Source of the DNA: an uncultured Desulfosporosinus sp. | GTDB taxonomy: Bacteria; Bacillota; Desulfitobacteriia; Desulfitobacteriales; Desulfitobacteriaceae | Assembly (NCBI GenBank): GCA_927405585.1 | Contig: CAKMJS010000060.1 | Coordinates: 14,883-78,882, forward strand | Reading direction: 5' to 3' | DNA length: 64,000 bases | Shown: in pieces, positions 16,250 to 26,816 of the stretch | Numbering within the stretch: position 1 is the stretch's first letter | Layout: the number at the start of each line of letters is the position of its first letter | Position numbers and translations under genes: made by a program | The notes under the pieces: generated by a model | Told to the model about the DNA's origin: nothing | Databases searched by the model: none | What the model saw: the letters and a program-made list of their open reading frames with translations, nothing else

Positions 16250-17092
16250 ATGGATAAGATTGTTCTAAGCGAAGAAAAAGAGACTTTACTTATACCTCTG
16301 TTCGGGAAAGCGAAGGAAAACGAAAATAAGACGCCAATACTTATTGATAAAAAAGCAGTTGAAATTGTTAATCTAATTGACTACAATTTCCAAGCGCTAA
16401 AGATTCCTAAAAAGACAAACATGATGATGTGTTTAAGAGCTAAACTGATTGACAATTTTGTCAAAGGAATGCTTTTGAAGAGTAATGAAAGCGTTGTTTT
16501 GCATTTGGGGTGTGGGCTGGATAGTAGATATAATAGGATTGAAAATACCTGTGTTGACTGGTATGACATCGATTTTAAAGAAGTTATTGATATTCGTAGG
16601 AATTTTTATCGTGAAACAGAACGATATCATCTAGTTGCTTCCTCAGTCACTGAAAATAAATGGTTAGAACTAATTCCACAGGGTAAAAAGCAATATATCG
16701 TGATTGCCGAAGGACTATTTATGTATCTTCAAGAAAATGATATTAAAGCACTGATCAAGAACCTTAGTAATAGCATTGGAAACTTCACATTAATCTTTGA
16801 TGCCTTTAGTATTTATGCTTCAAAAAAAGTAAATAATCACCCATCCATTAAAAAAACAGGGGCACTCATTCGGTGGGGTATTGATGATCCAGAAGAACTC
16901 ACCAAATGGGGTATGGGGATTCAATTAATTCAGGAACAATACTTTACAGCAAATGAAGAAATTAATAATCTAGACCCTGTTTCTAAGTTAATATTTAAGC
17001 TAGCAAATTTAATTCCGATAGCTAGAAAAGCCCAGAGGTTATTAATTTATCGAGTGGGTTTGGGTAAAAACTTAGTTCGATCAAGAAAGTAA
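16250..17092 (+). CDS. Class I SAM methyltransferase, leucine carboxyl methyltransferase/TcmP-like
   Basis: ETLLIPLFGKA, VLHLGCGLDSR, WYDID, VIAEGLFMYL motifs. Confidence 0.85.
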   Translation: MDKIVLSEEKETLLIPLFGKAKENENKTPILIDKKAVEIVNLIDYNFQALKIPKKTNMMMCLRAKLIDNFVKGMLLKSNESVVLHLGCGLDSRYNRIENTCVDWYDIDFKEVIDIRRNFYRETERYHLVASSVTENKWLELIPQGKKQYIVIAEGLFMYLQENDIKALIKNLSNSIGNFTLIFDAFSIYASKKVNNHPSIKKTGALIRWGIDDPEELTKWGMGIQLIQEQYFTANEEINNLDPVSKLIFKLANLIPIARKAQRLLIYRVGLGKNLVRSRK

Positions 17093-17141
17093 ACCTTGGG
17101 GGAAAAAGAAGGAGCCCGACGCTTGAAACGCATGAAAGCGT

Positions 17142-18605
17142 TTAGGCATCGGGCGCACTGGGGAGCATGATCGAAATTCTGGTACCAATATCTTGCCGAC
17201 TCAACACATCCATGTGCCCGCCATGACGCTCCGTGATCCACTTGGCAATCGATAAGCCCAGGCCCGTTCCGCCCGTAGCTCTAGCGCGGGATTCATCGGC
17301 TCGGAAGAAGCGTTCAAAAATCTGAGGAACTGCTTCGGGTGCGATACCAATCCCTTCATCTTGTACGGTCAGTCGAGCAAAGCCCTGGGCATCGGAAACA
17401 GAAATAGTGATCCGTTTACCCGAAGGCGTGTATTTCATGGCATTGTCAATCAGGATTCTCGTCGCCTGTTTGATGAGGCTTTTGTCTGCGTTAATGAAAA
17501 CAGGTGTAACGCTGGAATCGTAGTCGTGCCCGCCATCAATCATTTGCGTCTCTCGTAGTACATCGACGGCCAGCTCGGACAATTCAAAACGCTCTATTTG
17601 CAGAGCCATGGTGTTATTGTCGCCTCGTGCTAGAAATAAGAGCTGTTCTACCAAGCCCTTCATATTGGCTGTTTCATCTTTAATCGCATCGATGGATTCC
17701 TGCAAGGTCTTTTCATCCTTCTTACCCCAGCGATCCAACAGATTGGCATACCCCTGAATGACGGAAATTGGAGTCCTAAGTTCATGGGACGCATCAGAAA
17801 CAAAGCGCGCCTGAGAGCGGTAGGATTCGTTGATACGATCCAGCATTCCGTTAATCGCAGCAGCGAGGGTTTTCAGTTCATTTTGGGTATCGTCCACGGG
17901 AATTCTCGTATCCAGCTTAGTGGCATTGATACCGTCTAACTTACCTGCCAGAACGTCCAACTGCTCCGGCGTAAAGACGCCGCCGATATTCAGGGTTTGA
18001 GCTGTTCTAGCCAATTCGTCAATGGGTCGAAGGGTTTTTCGGATGGTTCTGGCACCTGAGAAAATGCTGCCAAACAGCATCAAAAGCTGCAGAAACAGGA
18101 TGACAGTATACATCCCTACTATAATGCGTAGTGTTTCCTGAAGACGGATGGTAATAAGATAAGATCGTCCACTATGATCAAGGGTCGCATTGTAGCTAAC
18201 ACCCTCTAATTTTTCCCAAAAAGTCAAGCCTTCCGAATTGGGGAGGTCGATGCTCCGTCTGCGGGAAGCAGTCTGTTCTGAAAAGGGGAACTGTAGGGCT
18301 TTGGGTAGTTGAAACCCTCTCGGTTCACCAGTCTGTAAGGCAACTCTATAGCCTGTGACCTCAAGCCAATCTTCTGCATCCACGCTTGGAGGACCCGTTT
18401 GATTAAGCCTTTCTGCTACCGTCGTTACGGTGTGTTCGGTGCGCGCAATCAGACCCGCCGCAGTCACTAGGCACAATGCCACATCAAGGGCCAAAAAAAA
18501 CGCCAACAGACGGAGAAATAGTCTAAGGTTAAGCTTCCATACTAAGGAGAGGCGGATTTTATGGCCGATACGATGAGAGGGATTGTTTAATGGCTCATTT
18601 TTCAT
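17142..18605 (-). CDS. HAMP-domain sensor histidine kinase
   Basis: FVSDASHELRTPI, ILIDNAMKY, DEGIGI, GGTGLGLSI; overlaps the regulator stop. Confidence 0.92.
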   Translation of the reverse strand: MKNEPLNNPSHRIGHKIRLSLVWKLNLRLFLRLLAFFLALDVALCLVTAAGLIARTEHTVTTVAERLNQTGPPSVDAEDWLEVTGYRVALQTGEPRGFQLPKALQFPFSEQTASRRRSIDLPNSEGLTFWEKLEGVSYNATLDHSGRSYLITIRLQETLRIIVGMYTVILFLQLLMLFGSIFSGARTIRKTLRPIDELARTAQTLNIGGVFTPEQLDVLAGKLDGINATKLDTRIPVDDTQNELKTLAAAINGMLDRINESYRSQARFVSDASHELRTPISVIQGYANLLDRWGKKDEKTLQESIDAIKDETANMKGLVEQLLFLARGDNNTMALQIERFELSELAVDVLRETQMIDGGHDYDSSVTPVFINADKSLIKQATRILIDNAMKYTPSGKRITISVSDAQGFARLTVQDEGIGIAPEAVPQIFERFFRADESRARATGGTGLGLSIAKWITERHGGHMDVLSRQDIGTRISIMLPSAPDA

Positions 18606-19269
18606 CCTTAATCACATACCCCACTCCTCTGACGGTGTGAATCAGCTTAATATCGAACACCTCGTCGATTTTTCCTCGCAGAAAACGAACGTAGACATCG
18701 ACGGCGTTGGTTTCTCCCGCAAAATCAAAGCCCCAGACATGTTCGAGCAGTGCTTCCCGGGAAACGACCAAGCCTTTATTCTTGAGCAGATAGTGGAGAA
18801 GGTCAAATTCGCGTTTGGTCAGTTCAATGGACTTGCCCTGCATAGTTACCATATGCCGGCCTGTGTCTAGGAGTAGACCAGAGGCTGATAACACTCCGTC
18901 TTCCTGCTTGGTCTTTCTGAGAGCGGTACGGATGCGGGCGAGAAGCTCCTCAATGGCAAAGGGTTTGGTGATATAATCGCTCGCTCCGCTGTCTAGTCCG
19001 GATACCTTATCGACCACGCTGTCTCTCGCCGTCAGCATGATGATGGGAACGGCGGAGGTTCGGCGTATTCTACGCAGCACTTCCATGCCGCTAAGTTTAG
19101 GCAACATCACATCCAACAAAACGAGGTCAAACTCGCCGGTTTCGGCGAGTTCAAGTCCTGTTCGGCCATCAAAGGCCTTCGTTGTAGTATAGCCCTCATA
19201 GCCAAGCTCAAGCTCGATGAATCGGGCAATCTTTTCTTCATCTTCGATAATCAGTATTTTCGAACTCAT
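18595..19269 (-). CDS. OmpR/PhoB-family response regulator
   Basis: KILIIEDE, LLDVMLP, MLTARD, DYITKPF, HTVRGVGY. Confidence 0.93.
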   Translation of the reverse strand: MSSKILIIEDEEKIARFIELELGYEGYTTTKAFDGRTGLELAETGEFDLVLLDVMLPKLSGMEVLRRIRRTSAVPIIMLTARDSVVDKVSGLDSGASDYITKPFAIEELLARIRTALRKTKQEDGVLSASGLLLDTGRHMVTMQGKSIELTKREFDLLHYLLKNKGLVVSREALLEHVWGFDFAGETNAVDVYVRFLRGKIDEVFDIKLIHTVRGVGYVIKDEK

Positions 19270-19296
19270 TGATAGCCCCGCCATTTCCAACAATGA

Positions 19297-19848
19297 TTAT
19301 TTATCTTCGATGGACTTCTTGAGGTTTATGGCTGCATCCGCTGCACTATTCATCGCGTCATTCACCGTGTTGTCGCTCAAATCAGGTCCGGTGAAACGAT
19401 AGCGGAAACCAAAGAATAGTCCGATGATCATCAGTGGAATCGTAACCCAGGGGGCGAAGATCAACAGTAAGGCGAAGGCAGTGACAGGAGCAGACCCTTT
19501 ACTTTCCTGATCTTTAAGCACTTCAAAGGAATTGGCATTCCCTTTGCGAATCATTTTCATGCAAAATCGTCCCAATTGTTTTACGAGAGCGATAAAGCCA
19601 TTTTCACGGTTGTAGTGATTGGTTTGCTTTTCCCAACGAGTTTCTTTGTAAGCCCCTGCGTTTGCGTCGGCGGTTTTTTGGCTGCTGTAATAGCCGCCTC
19701 CGGAGGGTGTGGATACCTTTCCTTGTTTCTCTAGTAAGATAATGGCTTCCAATAAATCCCCGTTTGTTTCATCTAAGGCAGCCTTTGCCTCGTCATAGCT
19801 TACATTGGCCATGGCCCGTAGTTTTTCCACTTGTTCTAAGGTTGTCAT
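19297..19848 (-). CDS. DUF4342-type protein with N-terminal UBA-like motif
   Basis: LEQVEKLRAMANVSYDEAKAALDETNGDLLEAIILLE; C-terminal hydrophobic segment. Confidence 0.65.
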   Translation of the reverse strand: MTTLEQVEKLRAMANVSYDEAKAALDETNGDLLEAIILLEKQGKVSTPSGGGYYSSQKTADANAGAYKETRWEKQTNHYNRENGFIALVKQLGRFCMKMIRKGNANSFEVLKDQESKGSAPVTAFALLLIFAPWVTIPLMIIGLFFGFRYRFTGPDLSDNTVNDAMNSAADAAINLKKSIEDK

Positions 19849-20006
19849 TTAAATATCCTCCTTGTTTTTTGTATTGTACCCGCTTTTGAGTATGTCTAAA
19901 TTCTAACCAAAAAAACTTCAAGGAAACTTTGATTAAAATTAAAATACGATTAAAAAAAGTCTATCCTAAAATTGCTCCCTTTTCAAGAAATACGTGGTAG
20001 AAGCAG

Positions 20007-20483
20007 CTAGATTCGTATAAAGAAATAGACAATCATGAGGATTCCAGCAAATAATTTTAGAACTGTGCCACCGAGGATACCGACGAGGGTGCCAAAACCA
20101 ACACGGACTGCTTGCTTTACTTGGATACCACGCAGCAATTCAGCCCCAACAGCCCCAAGGAAGGGACCAATAATAATTCCCAACGGTCCCAAAAAGATCA
20201 ACCCGACGATAGTGCCGATAACTGCTCCCCAAGCTGCCTGTTTACTGCCCTTGAAGCGTCGTGTACCAACAGCTGAAGCAAGGAAATCGACAGAGAAAAT
20301 TAAACCCAGCACTAAAGCTTGTAAGAGAAAGAAATTCGCATCCAGTGTTGCAAACTTAGTTAGGTACCCATAGAGGAGCATGCCGCCATAGATAAGGATG
20401 GCACCTGGTAAAATTGGCAGTATAGTCCCCAGCAGACCCACTATAAATAAAAGGATCGCTAGAATTAAAGCTGTCGTCTCCAT
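20007..20483 (-). CDS. DUF456 family membrane protein (YqgC-like)
   Basis: GTILPILPG, GSKQAAWGAVIG, IIIGPFLGAVGAEL. Confidence 0.85.
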   Translation of the reverse strand: METTALILAILLFIVGLLGTILPILPGAILIYGGMLLYGYLTKFATLDANFFLLQALVLGLIFSVDFLASAVGTRRFKGSKQAAWGAVIGTIVGLIFLGPLGIIIGPFLGAVGAELLRGIQVKQAVRVGFGTLVGILGGTVLKLFAGILMIVYFFIRI

Positions 20484-20601
20484 ATTGAGAACCTCCTTAA
20501 TAGAAATATATTGGGTGAGCCTTATTCGTCATGATCAGCATATCACAAGATGTACCTTAAGTAGAAGTAAGGCCTAGCCTTGTGTGTAAAGGCAATTGAT
20601 A

Positions 20602-20643
20602 CGTTAGCTGAGAAGCACGAAGGCTTCTTGCTAACGGTTTTTT
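20602..20643 (+). terminator. Orphan plus-strand terminator in a divergent intergenic region
   Basis: CGTTAGC(TG)AGAAGC...GCTTCT(T)GCTAACG plus GTTTTTT. Confidence 0.6.
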
Positions 20644-20790
20644 ATTGATGAAGAGAGGGTTGAGCTAGAGTGGATTTTGCAATTAATTAAAGGATAGTAG
20701 CTTGATATGTCGAATTATATAAGAGTTTTGCTAGACATAACGAGTGAATTTATTACCTAGAACATATTTTGTCAAACTACGGAGGAATTA

Positions 20791-23253
20791 ATGTTGGATA
20801 TTGGCACGCTGGGCATTCTGATGAGTATCGTTAACACCCTGAGCTTAATCATAATGTATTTCTACGCAAAGTTGAATACCACCATTCAGGGAACTAGATC
20901 GTGGGTTATCGGCAATGCGTGTAGTGTTATTGGCGTATTTTTACTGATTAGGCAAGAGGTTCTCACTACTAGGTTGATTTCTATAATTATTGGAAACGGA
21001 CTCCTTATACTAGGCTTAATCTTTATCTATATTGGCATCATGAGGTTCCTCGAAAACAAGGTCAAACGGTGGAGGATTGTAACATCGTATGCAGGCTATA
21101 TAATCATGTTTGTTTATTTTACCTATGTGATTGATGATATTATTATGAGGATCGTTGTTTTCTCAATTTTTATCGCAATCTATTCACTATTATCTGCCCT
21201 AAGCCTTTTGAGGAATAACGATCGTTCAATTAAAGCAGCGACTATTTTCTTAAGTGGCATACTTTTGTTGCAAGCTGGTTTCTTTGCCATTCGTTCAATC
21301 ATGACGTTTATGTCAATCTCAGTTATCAACTTATTTGATCCATCTAGTTTCCAGATCAGTACGTACACAGTCTCAATTATCACAAGTTATCTGACAACGT
21401 TTGGGTTGATTCTTATGGTCCTACAAAAATTAAATTTTGAAAACAAAGAGGCCAAAGAACGTTTACAACTGATTTTTAATACTGGCCCAGATGCTGTTTT
21501 TATAAGTAGTTTACGAACGGGAGTTATTGCTGAAGTCAATGAAAGATTTGTAGTTCTTACCGGCTTTTCAAGGATAGAAGCAATTGGTCAAACAACTATT
21601 AGTTTAGGCCTATGGAATAATCCTGAAGAAAGACGAAAATTGGTCTCAGAATTGAAGGAGAATTTTCAATGCGAGAATTTTGAAACGGATATAAAAATTA
21701 AAAATGGCACCATTATTACTGCTTTGATTTCTGCAAGACTTATGAATTTTAAGGGAATACCACATCTAATCAGTGTTACTCGAGACATATCTGAACGCAA
21801 GACTGCAGAGCAGAAATTATCACAATCCGAGGAAAAGTATCGGCTACTGATTGAAAACGCTCTGGAAAGTATCATCGTTGTACAAGACGGGAAATTGAAG
21901 TTTTGTAACCCAATGGCAACTCAGGTAATCGGCTATTCACTGGAAGAACTCACTTCAGTAGCGTTTATAGTATTTGTCCACCCTGATGACAGAGAAGTAG
22001 TTGTCAGCCGTTATCTACAGCGGCTAAAAGGTGAATTGACAGAGAATCTCTACCATTTTCGAGTGATATGTAAAGATCATCAGATAAAATGGGTTGAAAT
22101 GAATTCTGTGTTGATCGAATGGGAGGGAAGAGCTGCTACCTTAAATTTTCTGACCGACATTACTCAACGTAAAAAATCAGAAGAGGAAATTATGCATCTC
22201 AGTTATCACGATCAGTTAACAGGACTGTATAACCGTCGATTTTATGAAGAAGAATTGAAAAGACTGGATACAGAAAGAAACCTACCAATGACCATCGTGA
22301 TCGGGGATGTCAACGGGTTAAAGCTGATCAATGACTCCTTTGGACATGGCACAGGAGATGAACTGCTGAAGAAAGTAGCCGGTGTGATCAAGATGGGTTG
22401 CAGGTCGGATGACATTATCGCCAGACTTGGCGGGGATGAATTTGTGATTATATTACCTAAAACAGACGCTAATGAGACGGAAAAAATCATCAAACGGATC
22501 AAGGACATCTCATCTCATGAGAAAGTAGGCTCTATCGATATTTCTATCTCCTTTGGTTATGAGACGAAGACAGCTAAGGAAATCACAATTCAAGAACTAT
22601 TTAAAAAAGCAGAAGATCATATGTATAAGAAGAAACTGTTTGAAAGTCCCAGTATGAGGGGGAAGACAATCAATGTTATCATGAGGACACTTTATGAAAA
22701 AAATAAACGAGAAGAACGACACTCCCACCGCGTGTCACTCCTATGTAAAAGCATCGGAGAAGCGCTTAATCTAACGGAAGGAAAAATCGAGGAACTCAAA
22801 ATGGTAGGTTTGCTTCATGATATCGGTAAAACAGCACTTGATGATAAGGTCCTTAATAAGCCAGGGAAACTGACCGATGATGAATGGAAAGAAATCAAAC
22901 GACATCCAGAAATAGGCTATAGAATATTAAGTACAGTCAATGATATGGCTGACTTGGCTAACCATGTATTGTATCACCATGAACGATGGAATGGACAAGG
23001 ATATCCAAAGGGCTTAAAAGGGGACGAGATACCCTTTGTATCACGAATCATTTCTATTGCGGATGCTTATGATGCTATGACGAGTGATAGAAGTTATCGT
23101 AGCGCACTGCCTAAGGAAGCTGTCATAGCGGAATTAGAAAAGAATTCTGGGGTGCAATTTGATCCGGAATTGGTGCGTGTATTCATTGAAAAAGTATTAG
23201 CCTTAGGGACAAACGGCAATTTCTCTACGTTAACCTCAACAATAAATAAGTAA
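20791..23253 (+). CDS. Membrane-anchored 2xPAS-GGDEF-HD-GYP protein
   Basis: About 7 TM, two PAS domains, RSDD I-site plus RLGGDEF, LLHDIGK, HHERWNGQGYP. Confidence 0.92.
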   Translation: MLDIGTLGILMSIVNTLSLIIMYFYAKLNTTIQGTRSWVIGNACSVIGVFLLIRQEVLTTRLISIIIGNGLLILGLIFIYIGIMRFLENKVKRWRIVTSYAGYIIMFVYFTYVIDDIIMRIVVFSIFIAIYSLLSALSLLRNNDRSIKAATIFLSGILLLQAGFFAIRSIMTFMSISVINLFDPSSFQISTYTVSIITSYLTTFGLILMVLQKLNFENKEAKERLQLIFNTGPDAVFISSLRTGVIAEVNERFVVLTGFSRIEAIGQTTISLGLWNNPEERRKLVSELKENFQCENFETDIKIKNGTIITALISARLMNFKGIPHLISVTRDISERKTAEQKLSQSEEKYRLLIENALESIIVVQDGKLKFCNPMATQVIGYSLEELTSVAFIVFVHPDDREVVVSRYLQRLKGELTENLYHFRVICKDHQIKWVEMNSVLIEWEGRAATLNFLTDITQRKKSEEEIMHLSYHDQLTGLYNRRFYEEELKRLDTERNLPMTIVIGDVNGLKLINDSFGHGTGDELLKKVAGVIKMGCRSDDIIARLGGDEFVIILPKTDANETEKIIKRIKDISSHEKVGSIDISISFGYETKTAKEITIQELFKKAEDHMYKKKLFESPSMRGKTINVIMRTLYEKNKREERHSHRVSLLCKSIGEALNLTEGKIEELKMVGLLHDIGKTALDDKVLNKPGKLTDDEWKEIKRHPEIGYRILSTVNDMADLANHVLYHHERWNGQGYPKGLKGDEIPFVSRIISIADAYDAMTSDRSYRSALPKEAVIAELEKNSGVQFDPELVRVFIEKVLALGTNGNFSTLTSTINK

Positions 23254-23274
23254 CTAAAGAGAAGGGGTAATTAA

Positions 23275-24525
23275 ATGGCAAACAGTAACGAATTCCCGAT
23301 TCAGGCCGTACGGCAGCAGTTTCCTGCTCTGAACAGGACCTATAAAGGCAAACCAGTCATTTATTTTGATGGTCCAGGTGGATCTCAAGTCGTTCGTTCT
23401 TCGATTGACAGCATAGCGCAATACATGATGAATGGGGGCGCTAATCTTCACGGCCAGTTTATAACGAGCAAAGAAACGGAAGCAGTCATTGCTGAGGCAA
23501 AAAAAGCGATAGCAGATTTATTTGGCGCGTCTGTAGACGAGGTCGCATTTGGGGCCAATATGACAACACTAACCTTTGCACTGTCTAGGGCTTTGAGCCG
23601 AACCTGGAAAAAAGGTGACGAGATAGTGGTTACGGAGATTGATCATCGTGCTAATGTCGATCCCTGGTTAGCCATTGCAGAGGATCTAGGACTCGTCGTA
23701 CGTTGGTTGCGAGTTGACCCCGAGGGACTGACCCTCGATTTAAGTGACCTAAATTCTATCATTACGGAAAAAACGCGCTTAGTAGCGGTTGGATTAGCCT
23801 CCAATGGAGTAGGAACGATCAACCAAGTTGAGCAGATTTCTAGACGAGCTCGGGCCATGGGTGCCCTCGTATATGTTGACGCTGTGCATGCGACGCCCCA
23901 CTTTTCTATTCAGCGCGATGAGCTTGGAGCCGATCTACTGTTGTGTTCGGCGTACAAGTTCTTTGGACCGCACGTGGGTATTGCGGTGATTCGTTCGGAT
24001 ATATTTGAAGGCATTAAACCATATAAGTTACAACCAGCCCCCGAATACATACCGGATAAATTGGAAACAGGCACTCAAAATCACGAAGGTATTGCAGGAA
24101 TTATGCCGGCCATCGACTTCATTGCAGGATTTGGACAGGGTGCAACACGAGCGGAAAGACTAATCTCTGGTTTTTCCAGAATCGAAGAGTATGAGAATCG
24201 ATTGGCAGAGAAAATTCGTACTGAGATGGGCACAATGACTAAGATTAAGCTTTATCAAGCAAAATCAGCGGTCAGAAAGACACCTACGATCGCCTTTGAA
24301 GTCGAAGGCATTTCCCCTGTTGAGGTATGTCGGTATATGGCCGAGGAACACGGGATATTCGTGGCTGATGGACACTTCTATGCTACGACGCTCGGGGATT
24401 TAACGGGCGTAAATCCTCGCGGAGGTTGGGTTCGGGTGGGTTTAGCTCCTTATAATAGTGATGAGGAGGTCGATCTTTTCTTGGAAGCACTGAGAGAGAT
24501 CACCTCACGTACAAAAAGTTGCTGA
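23275..24525 (+). CDS. Class V aminotransferase, cysteine desulfurase-like (VC1184-type, lacks catalytic Cys)
   Basis: YFDGPGGSQ, VDAVH, SAYKFFGPH (PLP Lys), ETGTQNHEG; ADGHFYA where SufS has RSGHHCA. Confidence 0.85.
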   Translation: MANSNEFPIQAVRQQFPALNRTYKGKPVIYFDGPGGSQVVRSSIDSIAQYMMNGGANLHGQFITSKETEAVIAEAKKAIADLFGASVDEVAFGANMTTLTFALSRALSRTWKKGDEIVVTEIDHRANVDPWLAIAEDLGLVVRWLRVDPEGLTLDLSDLNSIITEKTRLVAVGLASNGVGTINQVEQISRRARAMGALVYVDAVHATPHFSIQRDELGADLLLCSAYKFFGPHVGIAVIRSDIFEGIKPYKLQPAPEYIPDKLETGTQNHEGIAGIMPAIDFIAGFGQGATRAERLISGFSRIEEYENRLAEKIRTEMGTMTKIKLYQAKSAVRKTPTIAFEVEGISPVEVCRYMAEEHGIFVADGHFYATTLGDLTGVNPRGGWVRVGLAPYNSDEEVDLFLEALREITSRTKSC

Positions 24526-25136
24526 AGCATAACGAAGAAATGATCAACTTGACGGTCAATTACTATGAAAAGAACGCCCATGAATTTTATCAGAATACCA
24601 TAAATGTGAACATGAGCGAACACTACAGACGATTTGAAGAATACCTTCTCCCAGAGAGCCGTATACTAGATGCTGGTTGTGGTTCAGGGAGGGATAGCCT
24701 ATACTTTCTCAGTAAAGGCTACAACGTTCAAGCCTTTGATGCGTCGGCGGAAATGGTCAAATTAAGCTCGGAACTAACTGGGTTGTCGGTACAGCAGGCT
24801 AGATTTGAGAATATCGAGTTAGAGGGTATGTTTCAGGGCATATGGGCTTCAGCATCCCTCTTGCATGTTGACAGGGGATCGATGAAGGACATACTGCAAA
24901 TGCTAGCTGCAAGGCTTGCCGAGGACGGCGTGCTTTTCATGTCCTTTAAATATGGTGACCAGGTTTACGAGAAGGGCGACCGATTATTTAACTGTTATGA
25001 TGAAAGTTCCTTCAGTGAAATGATTGCTGTCCTTCCCGTGCTGAAAACCCTAGAATTATATAAAACTGCTGATGTAAGGGACGAGAGAGTCAATGAGTTT
25101 TGGCTTTGTGCTATTGTTAAGAAAGCCTCATTTTAG
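24519..25136 (+). CDS. Class I SAM methyltransferase
   Basis: RILDAGCGSGRD, AFDAS, IWASASLLH; start may be ATG 24540. Confidence 0.85.
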   Translation: MLKHNEEMINLTVNYYEKNAHEFYQNTINVNMSEHYRRFEEYLLPESRILDAGCGSGRDSLYFLSKGYNVQAFDASAEMVKLSSELTGLSVQQARFENIELEGMFQGIWASASLLHVDRGSMKDILQMLAARLAEDGVLFMSFKYGDQVYEKGDRLFNCYDESSFSEMIAVLPVLKTLELYKTADVRDERVNEFWLCAIVKKASF

Positions 25137-25210
25137 AGGTGTTGTTATGAATGAGTGAGCATTTGCTTAGCCATGCCAAGGGTTAGCTATGCCAAGGGAG
25201 GTACCATAGC

Positions 25211-25819
25211 TTGGGGGAATTAGAAAAACATGCTCGACTATTCAACCTAATTGCTCCAGTTTACAATTATTTCTTTCGTGCTCAGGTTAGTAATTACCGA
25301 TCTATACTGGATAAATATGAAGCGTTGCTGAAGCTTCCACCTGGAGGCAGAGTTTTAGATATTGGGTGTGGTACAGGGGCTTTTATCTCTTGTTTTGCCG
25401 AGCGAGGGTATCAGGGTGTCGGCGTAGATTTTTCTTCGTCCATGCTGCGAGCAGCAAGAAAATCCACCCGGGACAAGACGATCGAGTTTGTACAGGGCGA
25501 TGTTACAAAGGGCTTGGATTTCGCGGATGGAAGTTTTGACTTGGTGCTCTCTTCCTACGTCCTGCATGGGCTAAGTTCTGAGTTGCGTCACCGAATTTAT
25601 TCTGAGGCCGGCAAGCTTTCCCGTGGCCCTATCCTCTTTTATGACTATAATCAAAAGCGCCGACTCTTTACGGACCTCATCGAATGGGCAGAAGGTGGAG
25701 ACTACTTCGGCTTTGTACGTCATGGCGAAAAGGAAATGAGAACCTTTTATGATGATGTGCAGAAAATTGATGTTGGACCCCAGACTGCACTTTATCTGTG
25801 TTCACGTCAAAGGAAATAA
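25211..25819 (+). CDS. Class I SAM methyltransferase (UbiE-like)
   Basis: VLDIGCGTG, GVDFS, FDLVLSSYVLH; GGAGGT RBS before TTG. Confidence 0.85.
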   Translation: MGELEKHARLFNLIAPVYNYFFRAQVSNYRSILDKYEALLKLPPGGRVLDIGCGTGAFISCFAERGYQGVGVDFSSSMLRAARKSTRDKTIEFVQGDVTKGLDFADGSFDLVLSSYVLHGLSSELRHRIYSEAGKLSRGPILFYDYNQKRRLFTDLIEWAEGGDYFGFVRHGEKEMRTFYDDVQKIDVGPQTALYLCSRQRK

Positions 25820-25871
25820 GGGGCTATTCAGAACGACTATCGTGCGTTGGAATTAGAGAGAGAGATGAGTT

Positions 25872-26816
25872 ATGGCAAAGAGAGAAGAGACAATGGTAAT
25901 TCTGGCATACGTAGCGGTTTGCATCCTATGGGGGTCAACCTATCTGGCGATTAGAATTGGAGTTAGCGACTTTCCACCAGCATTATTCGCGGGGATAAGG
26001 TTCTTAATTGCAGGAGCTTTGGTGTTGATCTATGCTTATTCTAGAGGTTATAAGTTTCCGGATAATTTCACGGACGTACGCAGACAGGCCATAGTTGGTT
26101 TATTTCTACTGTTGGGTGGCAACGGGCTCGTCGTTTGGGCAGAACAATGGGTTTATTCTGGAGCTACAGCACTTCTTTTAGCGATCGTCCCGCTGTTCAA
26201 TGCGATTCTAGAATGGTTCTTGCCTACGGGTCCTAGGATTGGCTTGAAGGGGTGGTTCGGTTTACTCTTGGGGTTTTTCGGGGTTGCTCTCTTGGTATTT
26301 ACAGGTTCTGAGACGAGAATTATTGATGTTCCAGGCGGAATAGTGCTCTTGCTGGCAGCTTTCTCATGGTCACTGGGCTCGGTCTACTCAAAGACCTTTA
26401 AAGCGTCCGGTACGATGGTGGGCAATATCGGCTTACAAATGTTGGCCGGAGGGATTGGATTGACCATAGTGGGGCTCTTATTGGGAGAAGCTAGTAATAT
26501 CCATCTAACCAGCAAAGGCCTTGGAGCACTGGCCTATTTAATTATCTTCGGCTCGATCCTTGGGTACAGTTCGTATATCTATCTCTTACAAAAGTGGCCA
26601 GCATCGAAAGCTGGTACCTATGCTTACGTTAATCCGGTCGTCGGGGTTATCTTAGGTGCAGTAATTCTTGGCGAGCCAGTTTCACCGAATGTGTTCATTT
26701 CTGCGATCATTATTCTCAGCGGGGTTTTATTGGTTCAGTTATCGAAAACAAGCAGGAGCCTTGAACATCCCTCATCAGAAAAGTTGGTTTCTAACAAGGG
26801 AGGAGGTAACAAATAG
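25872..26816 (+). CDS. EamA/DMT family transporter
   Basis: LWGSTYLAIR, GNGLVVWAEQ, YAYVNPVVGVILG; about 10 TM. Confidence 0.9.
   Translation: MAKREETMVILAYVAVCILWGSTYLAIRIGVSDFPPALFAGIRFLIAGALVLIYAYSRGYKFPDNFTDVRRQAIVGLFLLLGGNGLVVWAEQWVYSGATALLLAIVPLFNAILEWFLPTGPRIGLKGWFGLLLGFFGVALLVFTGSETRIIDVPGGIVLLLAAFSWSLGSVYSKTFKASGTMVGNIGLQMLAGGIGLTIVGLLLGEASNIHLTSKGLGALAYLIIFGSILGYSSYIYLLQKWPASKAGTYAYVNPVVGVILGAVILGEPVSPNVFISAIIILSGVLLVQLSKTSRSLEHPSSEKLVSNKGGGNK

Noticed and set aside
20500-20790. c-di-GMP riboswitch upstream of the GGDEF/HD-GYP gene
   Set aside because: No GGCAAA...GACGCAAAGC class I core or class II pattern.
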